Positions 19,457 to 29,573 of a DNA stretch of 64,000 nt are shown here, one piece after another. The notes beneath the pieces are model-generated. The model searched no databases, was not told the origin of the DNA, and worked only from the letters and a program-made list of their open reading frames with translations. Within the stretch, counting starts at the first letter, position 1. Each line of letters opens with the position of its first letter. The DNA lies in the IMG/VR virus record IMGVR_UViG_3300014206_000007, positions 155,919-219,918 of that record; one strand, given 5' to 3'. Source of the stretch: a virus (lineage: Duplodnaviria > Caudoviricetes). The translations under genes and the position numbers were made by a program.

Positions 19457-20032
19457 TTATTTAACTTCTTCTTTTAGCCATCCTGGAATTTTATTGGATG
19501 CTTTTAGTGCTGTATGTTCTTTTGTCTTTACTCTCTTGCCAGTAGGAATAGATTCATACTCTCCATTATCCTTTTTGACAATCTTTCTTGTATCAGTTGT
19601 CTTATCATTTACAGTTACCTGTGATATAGACATTTCGCCTTCAGTTACTGAAGTGATCGGTAATTTGAACTTTCTTCCTGTACTTGTATAATCCTTTACG
19701 ATTATTCCGGCTAATTCTGATACAGCCTCAGCATGTTCTTTGCTGAATGTAACAGTTTGAAGTTTGTTTAATTCATCTTTGTCAATTCCGAATTGTTTTA
19801 ATACAGGTTTCAATGATTCCCTATATTTTTCAACTGGTTTTATTGTAACTACACTTGGCTCCTTGTCGCCGTTTTTGATGAATACTTCAACTTCATGTTC
19901 TGGTGTATTCAATAACGATTGTGTCATTGTTACCAGGTCAGATTTTGAATAGCTGCTTGATCCATTTTTCTTTACCTTAGCAGTAATTTGTGAACATAAT
20001 TCATTATATTGATTTTTAGCTTTTTTACTCAT
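19457..20032 (-). CDS. HU/IHF-like DNA-binding protein (divergent)
   Basis: Basic 191 aa; C-terminal beta-arm TRKIVKK..IPTGKRVKTKEHTALKAS resembles the HU RNPxTG arm. Confidence 0.45.
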   Translation of the reverse strand: MSKKAKNQYNELCSQITAKVKKNGSSSYSKSDLVTMTQSLLNTPEHEVEVFIKNGDKEPSVVTIKPVEKYRESLKPVLKQFGIDKDELNKLQTVTFSKEHAEAVSELAGIIVKDYTSTGRKFKLPITSVTEGEMSISQVTVNDKTTDTRKIVKKDNGEYESIPTGKRVKTKEHTALKASNKIPGWLKEEVK

Positions 20033-20144
20033 GTTATCTCTCCTTTAATTTGTAATTATGATAATTTATGAAATTAGTTGTATTACTTATAAAATTATAC
20101 GACCATTCCTAATTATCGTGCGAGAAATTAGAGGAGTAAATTTA

Positions 20145-21557
20145 TTACTCCTCATTATCTGATGGAGAAGCAGATGTATGAATATCTACCTCAGCATTAC
20201 CTTTCAATTCCACTTCACTTGATACTCCGCCAATATAAACAGCTCCGGTTTCGATATTCACTGCTGGTTCTTTAGGAGCTCTTGGACGCCTTGGTTGAGA
20301 ATTTATCATTGAAATCATTTGTTCTCTTGTATACGGTCCATCGTCTTCGATTATTTCATAATCACTTGGCATAAATGGACCATCTTCCTGATTTACTCTT
20401 TTAAGAGTTTCTTCATACTGCGGTCTTCTGCTATCAGCATAAAATTCTTCTTCTTCATCGTCATCTTCTTCAACAGTTGCTTCGCTAATAAATTTGACAA
20501 TCTTATCCTGATCTTCAGCTAAACGAGATATAACTCTTTCCATAGTACCCATACTTTTCTTTAAATTAGTAAGTTCTCTTTGAGTTTTATCATCGCATAT
20601 TACGGGTGCTACTGGAGTTCTTGTTGGTGCGGGAGCTTTCATATCTGATACTTTTCTATTTTTTAGATAGTTTTCAATTACGTAAGCATCTGATTGATTT
20701 ATTCCAGTTTGTGTATTTGCTACCTGTTGTACAAATGATGCTAATTTTGAATAATTGTCACTCATAATATCTAGACGGCTAATGATATCATCTTTATCAT
20801 AACGATCTAAATCATCGTCATCATCATCTTCGTCGTCCTCGTCATCATCATCGTAAAACTCATCATCGTCATCTATAAATCGAGGTGAAGGTTTTACCTT
20901 TTTTTTTGACTTTTTTGATAAATGTTTTTCCATGTATGATGATAATTCGTCATCATCGTCCTCGTCATCATCATAAAAATCATAGTCTTTGCTTAACGCC
21001 TTTGAAATAAATATATCGTCGTCATCGTCATCATAGAAACCGCCGCCGATTCCATTGTATTTACGATTTACCAAACTATTTAAAGCTGAATATTTCTTCT
21101 TATATTGTTTTTTCCTTGAGACAATATTCAATTGCTTTCTAAGTTTCTTGATTGCATCCTTATAAAGTTCTTTGATATATTCGTATTCTTTCAATTGATC
21201 TTTGTCTTTTTTCTTACCCTTTTTCTGAGCTTTCTTGAAGTTTCTTTCAAGTTCAGTAATTCTAGCATCAATCTGCACAAGTTCATCTATGCTTGAATAA
21301 ATACTAGGAGTATTTGTCATTTTGATTAATTGATCAATTCCGAAATCTACAAATAATGCCAGATGCTCTTTATTGCTTCTGCAATCATTTATTCTTGATA
21401 CAAGATGCTTATATCCATAAACATCATAAATTACATTATCCACATTCTCAATGTAGATAAGTTGACCATATGAATCTATTACTAGATTCTTAATCTTTTT
21501 CATAATGAACTTAATCATTACTATAGATTTTTCTGTTATATCATTTTTATTGATCAT
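20145..21557 (-). CDS. Hypothetical protein with Asp/Glu-rich and Lys-rich tracts
   Basis: 470 aa ORF with poly-D tracts and coiled coils. Confidence 0.75.
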   Translation of the reverse strand: MINKNDITEKSIVMIKFIMKKIKNLVIDSYGQLIYIENVDNVIYDVYGYKHLVSRINDCRSNKEHLALFVDFGIDQLIKMTNTPSIYSSIDELVQIDARITELERNFKKAQKKGKKKDKDQLKEYEYIKELYKDAIKKLRKQLNIVSRKKQYKKKYSALNSLVNRKYNGIGGGFYDDDDDDIFISKALSKDYDFYDDDEDDDDELSSYMEKHLSKKSKKKVKPSPRFIDDDDEFYDDDDEDDEDDDDDDLDRYDKDDIISRLDIMSDNYSKLASFVQQVANTQTGINQSDAYVIENYLKNRKVSDMKAPAPTRTPVAPVICDDKTQRELTNLKKSMGTMERVISRLAEDQDKIVKFISEATVEEDDDEEEEFYADSRRPQYEETLKRVNQEDGPFMPSDYEIIEDDGPYTREQMISMINSQPRRPRAPKEPAVNIETGAVYIGGVSSEVELKGNAEVDIHTSASPSDNEE

Positions 21558-21587
21558 ATCTTATTTCACATCCTTTTTTAGTTTAAT

Positions 21588-22088
21588 TTAAAAATCATCA
21601 TCGTCGTCATCGTCAAAGTCGTCGGCATCTTCATCAAATAATTCTTCTTCATCTTCTTCTTCCAAATCAAAATTATCGATAGTTGGAGATAGATTTTCAA
21701 GATCAGCATCAGACCAGCCAGTTTCTTCTTCAATAACTCTTATTAATGTCTTATACAAGAATTCGTCAATTGTACTTAATTTCAATGTAAGTACTTTTTC
21801 AATTATGTCATCTTTGCGATTCTGAAGTTTCCATTTTAATGAATCTGGAGCACTTTCGAGTATCTTGTCATATGCTTTCTTGAGATACTGCTCGTCGAAA
21901 TAGTTAATAGGATTGTATCCTAGGGTCTTATCATAAACTTCGCCCATCTCACTTCTATCATCTGATGGATTCATAAGTTTTAATAGATAATCAACATCTC
22001 TTTCAGACTCTGCTGTAACAGTTCTCATTAGGTAATCCCAAAAAGGTCTACCTTTCAATTGATCTAAACTCTTCATTTTGTCTAGCAT
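21588..22088 (-). CDS. Hypothetical protein with acidic tail
   Basis: ORF, RBS AAGGGAGA, ends DDFDDDDDDDF. Confidence 0.75.
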   Translation of the reverse strand: MLDKMKSLDQLKGRPFWDYLMRTVTAESERDVDYLLKLMNPSDDRSEMGEVYDKTLGYNPINYFDEQYLKKAYDKILESAPDSLKWKLQNRKDDIIEKVLTLKLSTIDEFLYKTLIRVIEEETGWSDADLENLSPTIDNFDLEEEDEEELFDEDADDFDDDDDDDF

Positions 22089-22242
22089 ATTTTTTATTTC
22101 TCCCTTCAAAATTTTAATAAATTTGTGTTAGTTGTTACATATATCATTGTATAAATATGATTTTTTATTTACTAATACTATACAGATTCTAGTCCGCTAC
22201 GAATATTCTAAAACCTGCTCGTTTTACCCTTTATCTGTAGTA

Positions 22243-22252
22243 ATAATATATA
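22243..22252 (-). promoter_or_regulatory. Early-type promoter TATATATTAT
   Basis: Exact motif upstream of the 22088-20145 operon; an AACA-N6-TA also lies at 22118-22129. Confidence 0.55.
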
Positions 22253-22325
22253 TCTATTTTTGATAATAAATAATGATTTTTCTCTATAAAATGAGATAAA
22301 AAGACATATAATTTTTATATACAAA

Positions 22326-22337
22326 AACATTCTGTTA
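22326..22337 (+). promoter_or_regulatory. Late-type promoter AACA-N6-TA
   Basis: AACA TTCTGT TA upstream of RNAP beta gene. Confidence 0.6.
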
Positions 22338-22383
22338 ATTATAGGTAAAGATAATATTAAAATAATTAAGGATGGTGATATAA

Positions 22384-25300
22384 ATGCTTTACGATCAAAT
22401 CGTACCAATGCGATTATATAATAATCAAACAAAATTACTACTACCTCGTGGGGATAAAGTAGGGTTTTTTAATGCAATATTTATGCTATCAAAAAATCAA
22501 AATTTTACATTAAATATAATGAATACAGAGTTTTTTGGAGATAGGGAATCATATTATAAATACTATTATATCGAATCGATATATAAGACAAAAATCGGTC
22601 CAAAGAATGTCATCCAAAATAAAAAGAAAGAAGTTATTGATAACTTCACAGCTATGAAATTTGCGGATCATATAAAATTCGTTCCGTATAGTTCAAGAAA
22701 AACGCATTTTTCAAAAGGTTTTAATACGATAATTGACTTAGGAAAATGGCATGAATTATTTTTCCAATACATAATTAAAACTACTCCTAAGTTTGTATGT
22801 GAAAGTTACATTAATTACTTAATGTCAAGAGTAAATGAATCATTCTTCAATGAATATGAAAAAGTTCTTTTCATTGATTTATATGATTGGATTGGTAATA
22901 CTAAAGAAGGAGAAAAGGCAATAAAAATTAGTTCTAAATCTCTAGATAACCCAATAAATATTATACTATATACATTATATAAATTTCCAGAGTTAGTTTT
23001 AACTTTAGGTAAATTAGATGTTATAATAGCCGATTCTAAATCTAATCAGTTTTTAAAGATTCCAAGTTCTAAATTGAATAAACTTAATATTCAGAAAATA
23101 AAAACATTATTAACACAATTTGATGGACTGGAATTTATTGAAGAAGAGTTAGAAGCTCAAATTGACCCAAATACCGCATCTGTTAATAAAATAGTAAATA
23201 AAATTATACCAACTTCTTCTAAAGATGAGATTGAAAAAAGAAAAATGAATATTATTAATTCATTAAAGCATAATCTTGTAGGAGATATTGATGATATTTC
23301 TGATGAAGTTATTGATGACCAGCATAATACTGATTCAATAAAACTCGAAGATGATGATGAAGATCAATTAATAACTAAGACGGCAAATGATTACCTTGAT
23401 GAGAATCAAGAATTATTATCTGGTGTAGATGATAAAGATGTATTGAAAGAACTTGAAGAGTTCATCAAGAAAAGAGTTTATGTAGCAAAAATACTTCCAA
23501 CTAAATCTCCAAAAGAAATGGAACGAATTCAAGAGCTTCAAGATATACAGAAAAGTGTAATTGGATTACCATCTTTTGAAGATTTAAAAAGCAAAATGGT
23601 TGATGAAACAGATTTTTCAGATTTTGTTACTACGGCAAATCCTAACATAGTAAAATCATCATATGTTAATTTCGATAAAAACTATAACCAAAAGAAATTA
23701 GAAAAGGATATAGATAATTCCGTCGGAATATTAAGTAGAGCTATGCATGGTATTTACATTACTGATAAAACTGAAGAAGATGCATCAGACCAATTGAATT
23801 TGAAGAAGACAGTAACTTACTCATTAGAAGATGAACGTGGAAAGAAAATGGCTCTTAAATTTGATATTCCTATAATATTAGAAGATAAATATCTTTATAT
23901 TAACGGATCAAAAAAGACCATTCAACATCAGCTAATTTTAAAACCTTTAGTTAAAACTTCTCCAAATACAGTTCAGATAGTTTCATTCTACAATAAAATC
24001 TTTATTGAAAGAAAGGGTGATACAGAATTAATTGCTTCATCTTTGAAAAAGTTTTTATTGAAAAATTCAGAAGAATTTAAACTTAAATTTGGAAATGCAT
24101 TAGTTAAAAATAATGAATATCGAACTTCACTTGAATTCGATATATTAGCAAAAAATATATATAGCTTTACAATTGGCCAAAATGTATTTATTACAGATAT
24201 AAATGACCTCCATTCTATATTAACTAAAAATAATATTCCATTTGATAAAATAGACCAAAAGAAATATTTTATTACTGGGTATAATAAAAAGACAAAAGAA
24301 GTCTTATATATTGACAAGAAAACTGACTATAGTGAGCACATTATGTCATTTATGTCAGACTCAGATAAGAGCCAATTAGCAAATCAAAAAGTTGGTAAGA
24401 GACTTATGTATGCTCAATGTACAATAATGGAAAAACATATTCCACTAATATTATTTATGTTATTCTGTGATGGTTTTAAATCAGTTATGGAAAAATCAAA
24501 TGTTGAATATAAAATAATTGATAAAAATGAAGCAGAAAAATATGATAAATTTGTATATGGAGTAACTCAATTAGCTGATAAAGCTATATTATGGAAAAGA
24601 TATCCATTACAAAATTCATTATTGATGAATGGATTGCAACCTCTTCAAATGGAATTATATTCATCAGAAGAGCTAGAAAGTAAAGAAACTTATATCTATT
24701 TATTATCACAATATTATGCATATGCAAATATGGCATTTAACTTAGATCAGTATAAAGACTTTATGATTGATGATGTTACTAAAGAAATTTTAATGGACTT
24801 CAATCTCCCAACTGATTTAGTATCACTATTGGCATATTCAGCAACATTATTGTCTGATAATGAGTATATACCAGAAAATGATTTAAATAATATGAGAATT
24901 CGTAGCAATGAATTAATACCTTTCCATATTTATAATACAGTAGTAAAAGCATATAATTCTTATAGAAAGACACAACATAAAAAGAATCCTACTAAAATAT
25001 CAGTTAAGCAAGATGCTGTTATTTCAGCAATAATGGAATCAAAATTAATTGAAGAGCATTCTGTTTTAAATCCTGTCTTGGAATTAGAGAAAAATAGAGC
25101 AGTTACTTATAAAGGAGATAGAGGTATTAACTTAGAGAAAGCTATGACAATTTCAAAGCGTGGTTATGATGAGTCTATGCTTGGAATATTAGGTATATCT
25201 ACTAGTACCGATGCAAACGTTGGTATTGTAAGACAGTTAACATTAGAGCCTAATATAACTTCAACTAGAGGATATATTCAAACCACTGGTTTAAAAAATG

Positions 25301-26577
25301 TTGATAAATTAAATTCCGCTAATCTATTAACACCTGCTGAATTATTGACTCCTCTTGGAGTCCAACATGATGACCCAACGCGTACATCAATGGCATATAA
25401 GCAATCAAAATATATGCTCATGATTGAAGATTCAGACCCTGTTATGATTGGTAATAAAGTAGAATCAATTGTTCCATATCATATGTCAGATGAATTTACT
25501 ATTGTCTCAGACGATAATGGTAAAGTTATTGATGTTGATAATGGACTAATAGTTATCCAATATAACAATGGAGCATATAAAACTATTGATACTAATCCAC
25601 AAGTTAAGAAAAATTCATCTTCAGGTTTCTATGTTAAGAATACATTAACATGTGAATTAAAACTGAATGATAAAGTAAAAAAAGGCCAAATATTGGCATA
25701 TAATAAAAATGCATTTAAACGAGGTTTCGATAACGATGATGTATCAATGAATTTAGGAGCATTAGCTAAAGTAGCATGTGTTCCAAACTGGGATATATTT
25801 GAAGATAGTAAACCTATAACAAAATCATTATCTGAAAGAATGGCATCTGTTATGCTTTCTGAAAAAGAAGTAGCTTTAAGCAAAAATTCATATGTAGACT
25901 TTATGGTTAATATCGGTGACCATGTAAATACTGGAGACGTATTAATAAAATTTGATAGTGCTCATGATGACCCATTTGCTGCCGCTTTTCTAGATGCAAT
26001 AAGAGAAGACCAGAAAGAAGATATAATTGCAGATAATATTACAACTATAGCATCAAAATTTACAGGTGTAGTTGCAGATATCAAAATATACTGCACAGTT
26101 GACCCAAATGAACTAAGTCCATCATTAGAGAAAATCGTAAAATCATATTATCGTAGAGTAAATAAGAAAATTAATATACTAGATAAATATTCTAATGAAG
26201 GAGATAGTAGTTATTATAAGAGTGGTAATTTAATAACTGAAGTTCCAGAAAAGATTACCCCAAATATACAAGGAAAGATAAGAGGAACAAAAGTTGATGA
26301 AGGAGTATTAGTTGTATTCTACATTGAATATAAGGATTTAATGAGTAAAGGAGATAAATCATGTTCTGAATTTGCATTGAAAGGTATAGTATCTCATGTA
26401 ATTGAGGAAGGATTAGAACCTTATTCTGAATTTAGACCTGAGGAAGAAATATCTACATTTGTAGCTCCTTTGGCAGTATCAGCAAGAAAGACTCCGTCAT
26501 TATTTTTAGCAATGTTTGGTAATAAACTTCTTATTGAAGCTAAGAATCAGTTAAGAGAAATTTATTACGAAGAATAG
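22384..26577 (+). CDS. rpoB: Phage multisubunit RNA polymerase beta-like subunit (probably virion RNAP)
   Basis: YINGSKKTIQHQL, TSTDANVGIVRQL, HDDPTRTSMAYKQSK, FEDS, KGDK..KGIVS match conserved beta regions; ~450-aa N-terminal extension. Confidence 0.9.
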   Translation: MLYDQIVPMRLYNNQTKLLLPRGDKVGFFNAIFMLSKNQNFTLNIMNTEFFGDRESYYKYYYIESIYKTKIGPKNVIQNKKKEVIDNFTAMKFADHIKFVPYSSRKTHFSKGFNTIIDLGKWHELFFQYIIKTTPKFVCESYINYLMSRVNESFFNEYEKVLFIDLYDWIGNTKEGEKAIKISSKSLDNPINIILYTLYKFPELVLTLGKLDVIIADSKSNQFLKIPSSKLNKLNIQKIKTLLTQFDGLEFIEEELEAQIDPNTASVNKIVNKIIPTSSKDEIEKRKMNIINSLKHNLVGDIDDISDEVIDDQHNTDSIKLEDDDEDQLITKTANDYLDENQELLSGVDDKDVLKELEEFIKKRVYVAKILPTKSPKEMERIQELQDIQKSVIGLPSFEDLKSKMVDETDFSDFVTTANPNIVKSSYVNFDKNYNQKKLEKDIDNSVGILSRAMHGIYITDKTEEDASDQLNLKKTVTYSLEDERGKKMALKFDIPIILEDKYLYINGSKKTIQHQLILKPLVKTSPNTVQIVSFYNKIFIERKGDTELIASSLKKFLLKNSEEFKLKFGNALVKNNEYRTSLEFDILAKNIYSFTIGQNVFITDINDLHSILTKNNIPFDKIDQKKYFITGYNKKTKEVLYIDKKTDYSEHIMSFMSDSDKSQLANQKVGKRLMYAQCTIMEKHIPLILFMLFCDGFKSVMEKSNVEYKIIDKNEAEKYDKFVYGVTQLADKAILWKRYPLQNSLLMNGLQPLQMELYSSEELESKETYIYLLSQYYAYANMAFNLDQYKDFMIDDVTKEILMDFNLPTDLVSLLAYSATLLSDNEYIPENDLNNMRIRSNELIPFHIYNTVVKAYNSYRKTQHKKNPTKISVKQDAVISAIMESKLIEEHSVLNPVLELEKNRAVTYKGDRGINLEKAMTISKRGYDESMLGILGISTSTDANVGIVRQLTLEPNITSTRGYIQTTGLKNVDKLNSANLLTPAELLTPLGVQHDDPTRTSMAYKQSKYMLMIEDSDPVMIGNKVESIVPYHMSDEFTIVSDDNGKVIDVDNGLIVIQYNNGAYKTIDTNPQVKKNSSSGFYVKNTLTCELKLNDKVKKGQILAYNKNAFKRGFDNDDVSMNLGALAKVACVPNWDIFEDSKPITKSLSERMASVMLSEKEVALSKNSYVDFMVNIGDHVNTGDVLIKFDSAHDDPFAAAFLDAIREDQKEDIIADNITTIASKFTGVVADIKIYCTVDPNELSPSLEKIVKSYYRRVNKKINILDKYSNEGDSSYYKSGNLITEVPEKITPNIQGKIRGTKVDEGVLVVFYIEYKDLMSKGDKSCSEFALKGIVSHVIEEGLEPYSEFRPEEEISTFVAPLAVSARKTPSLFLAMFGNKLLIEAKNQLREIYYEE

Positions 26578-26579
26578 AA

Positions 26580-26620
26580 AAGAATGGATATTGTAGAAAA
26601 AATCTACAATATCCATTCTT
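26580..26620. terminator. Terminator hairpin
   Basis: 18-bp perfect inverted repeat immediately after stop. Confidence 0.8.
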
Positions 26621-27213
26621 GATTTATTTAAAGACCTCGACTTGTTATAATAAACATTCAGGTTGGGAGTGTATCCGTTTTAATAATAATATAAATAAAA
26701 GATATTATTTTAAAAAGCGCGAATACTCATATGCTTTATTATAAGTCGAGATCATTATTCTTATGTTATGTAAAATTTTACAAAAATATTCAAAATATGC
26801 TATAATTCATTTTGCTCGATATTTAATAGTCAAAAAATAGTAAAAAAAATCAATCGAAATTTTAATGATATATTTATTATATAAATAAATTTAGTATAAT
26901 TTAAATAAAAAATAAAAAATTTAATATAAGAAATAATATAAAAGATTTTTGTAATTAAGTATAAATATTTAACAGTATATGATATCTAAAATAAATTAAA
27001 ATGAAAAATTGTAATAACATAATATGTTTTATATGTAAAAAGAATAATATAAATAAATTAAGAAATAATTAGAAAAAATAATATCCTTAATAAAAAATAA
27101 ATATATCTTTGATGTATTAAAGTCGGAATTTTTCTTTTTTCCTATCTCCCTTCAAATAAAAACTTTTAAATAATATATTATAATTATAGTATATTAAATA
27201 AAGGAGAGATAAT

Positions 27214-27480
27214 ATGAAAAAAATAATAAATATGAGAGAATTAAGAAAAGATAAAACTCTTGAGGATATGAAAGATTTATTTAAATATAATCAAGAAAAA
27301 ACTTTTAACTCATTAGGACAATTAATAAAGATATCTGATAATTATGGTGGAGAAGTTAATTATGAGTATGATTCCAATGGCAACAATATTAAAATTGAAT
27401 ATCATACAGGAAAAATAATTCTAATGACTTATGATGAAAATAATGTAATGATATCTAAAAAAGAAATATTGAAGGAGTAA
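27214..27480 (+). CDS. Small YD/RHS-repeat protein
   Basis: TFNSLGQLIKI, YEYDSNGNNIKI, MTYDENNVMI repeats; AAGGAG RBS; TATATTAT at 27174-27181. Confidence 0.65.
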   Translation: MKKIINMRELRKDKTLEDMKDLFKYNQEKTFNSLGQLIKISDNYGGEVNYEYDSNGNNIKIEYHTGKIILMTYDENNVMISKKEILKE

Positions 27481-27484
27481 TAAA

Positions 27485-27580
27485 ATGATTAAAGAAATAA
27501 TTATGGTATTTATTTCATTTGGAATTGCATTATCAATTGTAAATAAATCAATATTTTTTATTCATAATACCCAATTATAA
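27485..27580 (+). CDS. Small membrane peptide (31 aa)
   Basis: AAGGAG RBS; MIKEIIMVFISFGIALSIVNK. Confidence 0.45.
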   Translation: MIKEIIMVFISFGIALSIVNKSIFFIHNTQL

Positions 27581-27696
27581 TTAATATTATATATCTTATC
27601 ATGCTTAATCATGGGAATAGAAATATACATGTTAAAATATATCTGGAAATACATACTTATTTTATTAAAAAATATGAAAGAATAGAGGATAAATTA

Positions 27697-27954
27697 ATGG
27701 CAGGTCTAACTAAATTAGATATAATAAAATTATATCTTACCCATCTGATATCATTATTTATAGCTTCATTAATAATCGAAATAATTGAAACTCGTTCATT
27801 TGGCTTTTTACATTATGGCTTATCTCAATGGAAATTATTATTATTTGTATGCATAATGTGGTCAGCTATATCAACAATGATTGTTATTTCATTTCGTAGC
27901 ATTAAAAAAGAACTTAAAGATATTAAAGAAATTGATAAAAAAATAAATAAATAA
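27697..27954 (+). CDS. Membrane protein, 2 TM
   Basis: Two hydrophobic segments, basic tail; start after GAGGA RBS. Confidence 0.6.
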   Translation: MAGLTKLDIIKLYLTHLISLFIASLIIEIIETRSFGFLHYGLSQWKLLLFVCIMWSAISTMIVISFRSIKKELKDIKEIDKKINK

Positions 27955-27975
27955 TTTTATAAATGGAGGATTTAT

Positions 27976-28236
27976 ATGAATAATAAAGTTATAATTTACA
28001 GTGGACCAGTATGTGCATTCTGTGCATCATTAAAGGATTATCTAGAAAATAGAGATATCCCTTATGAAGAAAAAGATACAAGTGACCCAGTTAATAAGAA
28101 AGAATTAATAAGTATGGGATACATGGGTGTCCCAGTAATAAAATTTGGTGAAGAAGTTCATCAAGGCTTTAGTAATAAAGAAGATAGGGAATGGGTGCAG
28201 GAACATATCGTCAATGCAATAAATGGAGGCAAATAA
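27976..28236 (+). CDS. nrdH: Glutaredoxin/NrdH-like redoxin
   Basis: VIIYSGPVCAFC..GYMGVPVIKFG..QGF; CxxC and cis-Pro motif. Confidence 0.85.
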   Translation: MNNKVIIYSGPVCAFCASLKDYLENRDIPYEEKDTSDPVNKKELISMGYMGVPVIKFGEEVHQGFSNKEDREWVQEHIVNAINGGK

Positions 28237-28238
28237 TA

Positions 28239-28511
28239 ATGAATATTAATGAAATTGCAGGAAAGGATCTAGATGAAAGATATATAAATCTTGTAAAGAA
28301 AAGAGAATGCTTTAAGAAATTAAAAGAATCTAAAAAGGAACTAACTCGTTATTCCACATTTGTATGCCCAAGAACTCATAAGATATTCTCAGTAGTAAAT
28401 AAGAAGGATATAGATACTGAATTTGAATTAATATCATTATGTGATAGGGAATGCAATTTAGATAGTAAAGATTTGAATCTTCAGAAACCACCAGATATTT
28501 ATAGGTACTAA
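28239..28511 (+). CDS. Hypothetical protein
   Basis: GGAGG RBS before MNINEIAG. Confidence 0.6.
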   Translation: MNINEIAGKDLDERYINLVKKRECFKKLKESKKELTRYSTFVCPRTHKIFSVVNKKDIDTEFELISLCDRECNLDSKDLNLQKPPDIYRY

Positions 28512-28519
28512 AATAACAT

Positions 28520-28557
28520 ATAAAAAAAGATAATAGAAAAATATTATCTTTTTTTAT
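28520..28557 (+). terminator. Terminator hairpin
   Basis: AAAAAAAGATAATA/TATTATCTTTTTTT. Confidence 0.6.
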
Positions 28558-28582
28558 AAAACGTTTTATGATATAATTTACG

Positions 28583-28592
28583 TATATATTAT
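28583..28592 (+). promoter_or_regulatory. Early-type promoter TATATATTAT
   Basis: Exact motif after terminator, before 3-gene operon. Confidence 0.6.
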
Positions 28593-28634
28593 TTTAGTAT
28601 AAATATAATAAAAATTATTCTATGGAGGTTTAAA

Positions 28635-29039
28635 ATGAGTTTAGGAGATATACTTGGTGGAATGCTTTATGTTGCAGGTGCAATGGCTGCACAAGAAGTG
28701 GAAAATGAAAAATCTAATAGAGAGATAGAAAAAATAAATGTTGCTCTTAGAGAAGAATTTGGAAATAAAAATATTGTAGATATACTAAATGGATATCTAT
28801 CTAGTAGTCAAAAAGAGTTGTTATTAAAAGCATTAGAAGCACATGAAATATATCCAGCACAGACTAAGGATATTATGAATGATATTGATGCTGGTTGGAC
28901 TGCTGACGATATTGCAAAATTTGACAAAAAATATTATTTATATTCAAACGATCCCGATTATATAGCTAGTATATTATCTCATATACCTAGATATAAAACA
29001 TTTGCAAGATATAAAGCTTATAAAAAATTAGGAATTTAA
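28635..29039 (+). CDS. Hypothetical protein
   Basis: GGAGG RBS, 134 aa. Confidence 0.7.
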   Translation: MSLGDILGGMLYVAGAMAAQEVENEKSNREIEKINVALREEFGNKNIVDILNGYLSSSQKELLLKALEAHEIYPAQTKDIMNDIDAGWTADDIAKFDKKYYLYSNDPDYIASILSHIPRYKTFARYKAYKKLGI

Positions 29040-29573
29040 TAATATTCTATGGAGGAATAGAAAATGATAATAAAAAAATATACTGGACATATGCATCGAA
29101 ATAGCCCATATGAAACAGATAGTGATTGTGGAAATTGTGACGGAGCAAGATGCGAGAATTGTATTATTAAATTCGTTAGTACTGAAACTAACAAAGTATG
29201 TGATACAATAGACGAAAGCAAAGAAAATGAAAAAGCTTTCAAAATGTTAGTACATGATTTATCATCTTATAATATAGCATTTTTTATTAAGGATGATAAA
29301 CTTTATTGCATAACTATAGATGGTAAAAAAGATGCTATATTATGCAATGAAGAATCACCATTATATCAAGAGTATCTTGATATAACGAAACAAAAAGTTA
29401 CACGTTATACCGAATGTAAGTGTGTTGATAAAGATGATGTCAATAATCAATGTTCTAAATATGGCTGTGATGATAGCTCTTGCTACATTGAAATGAAGCG
29501 TGGTAAAAGAACAGAGAAAAAGTGGTATATGTAATTCAAATATAATAATATTCTATGGAGGAATAGAAAATGA
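29037..29573 (+). repeat. 31-bp direct repeat (29037-29067 and 29543-29573) containing RBS and ATG
   Basis: TAATAATATTCTATGGAGGAATAGAAAATGA identical twice; partial copy TATTCTATGGAGG near 28616. Confidence 0.85.
29064..29534 (+). CDS. Cys-rich hypothetical protein
   Basis: CGNCDGARCENC and C-terminal Cys cluster. Confidence 0.7.
   Translation: MIIKKYTGHMHRNSPYETDSDCGNCDGARCENCIIKFVSTETNKVCDTIDESKENEKAFKMLVHDLSSYNIAFFIKDDKLYCITIDGKKDAILCNEESPLYQEYLDITKQKVTRYTECKCVDKDDVNNQCSKYGCDDSSCYIEMKRGKRTEKKWYM

Noticed and set aside
22208-22432. 74-aa minus ORF
   Set aside because: Spans divergent promoters and overlaps RNAP start; low complexity
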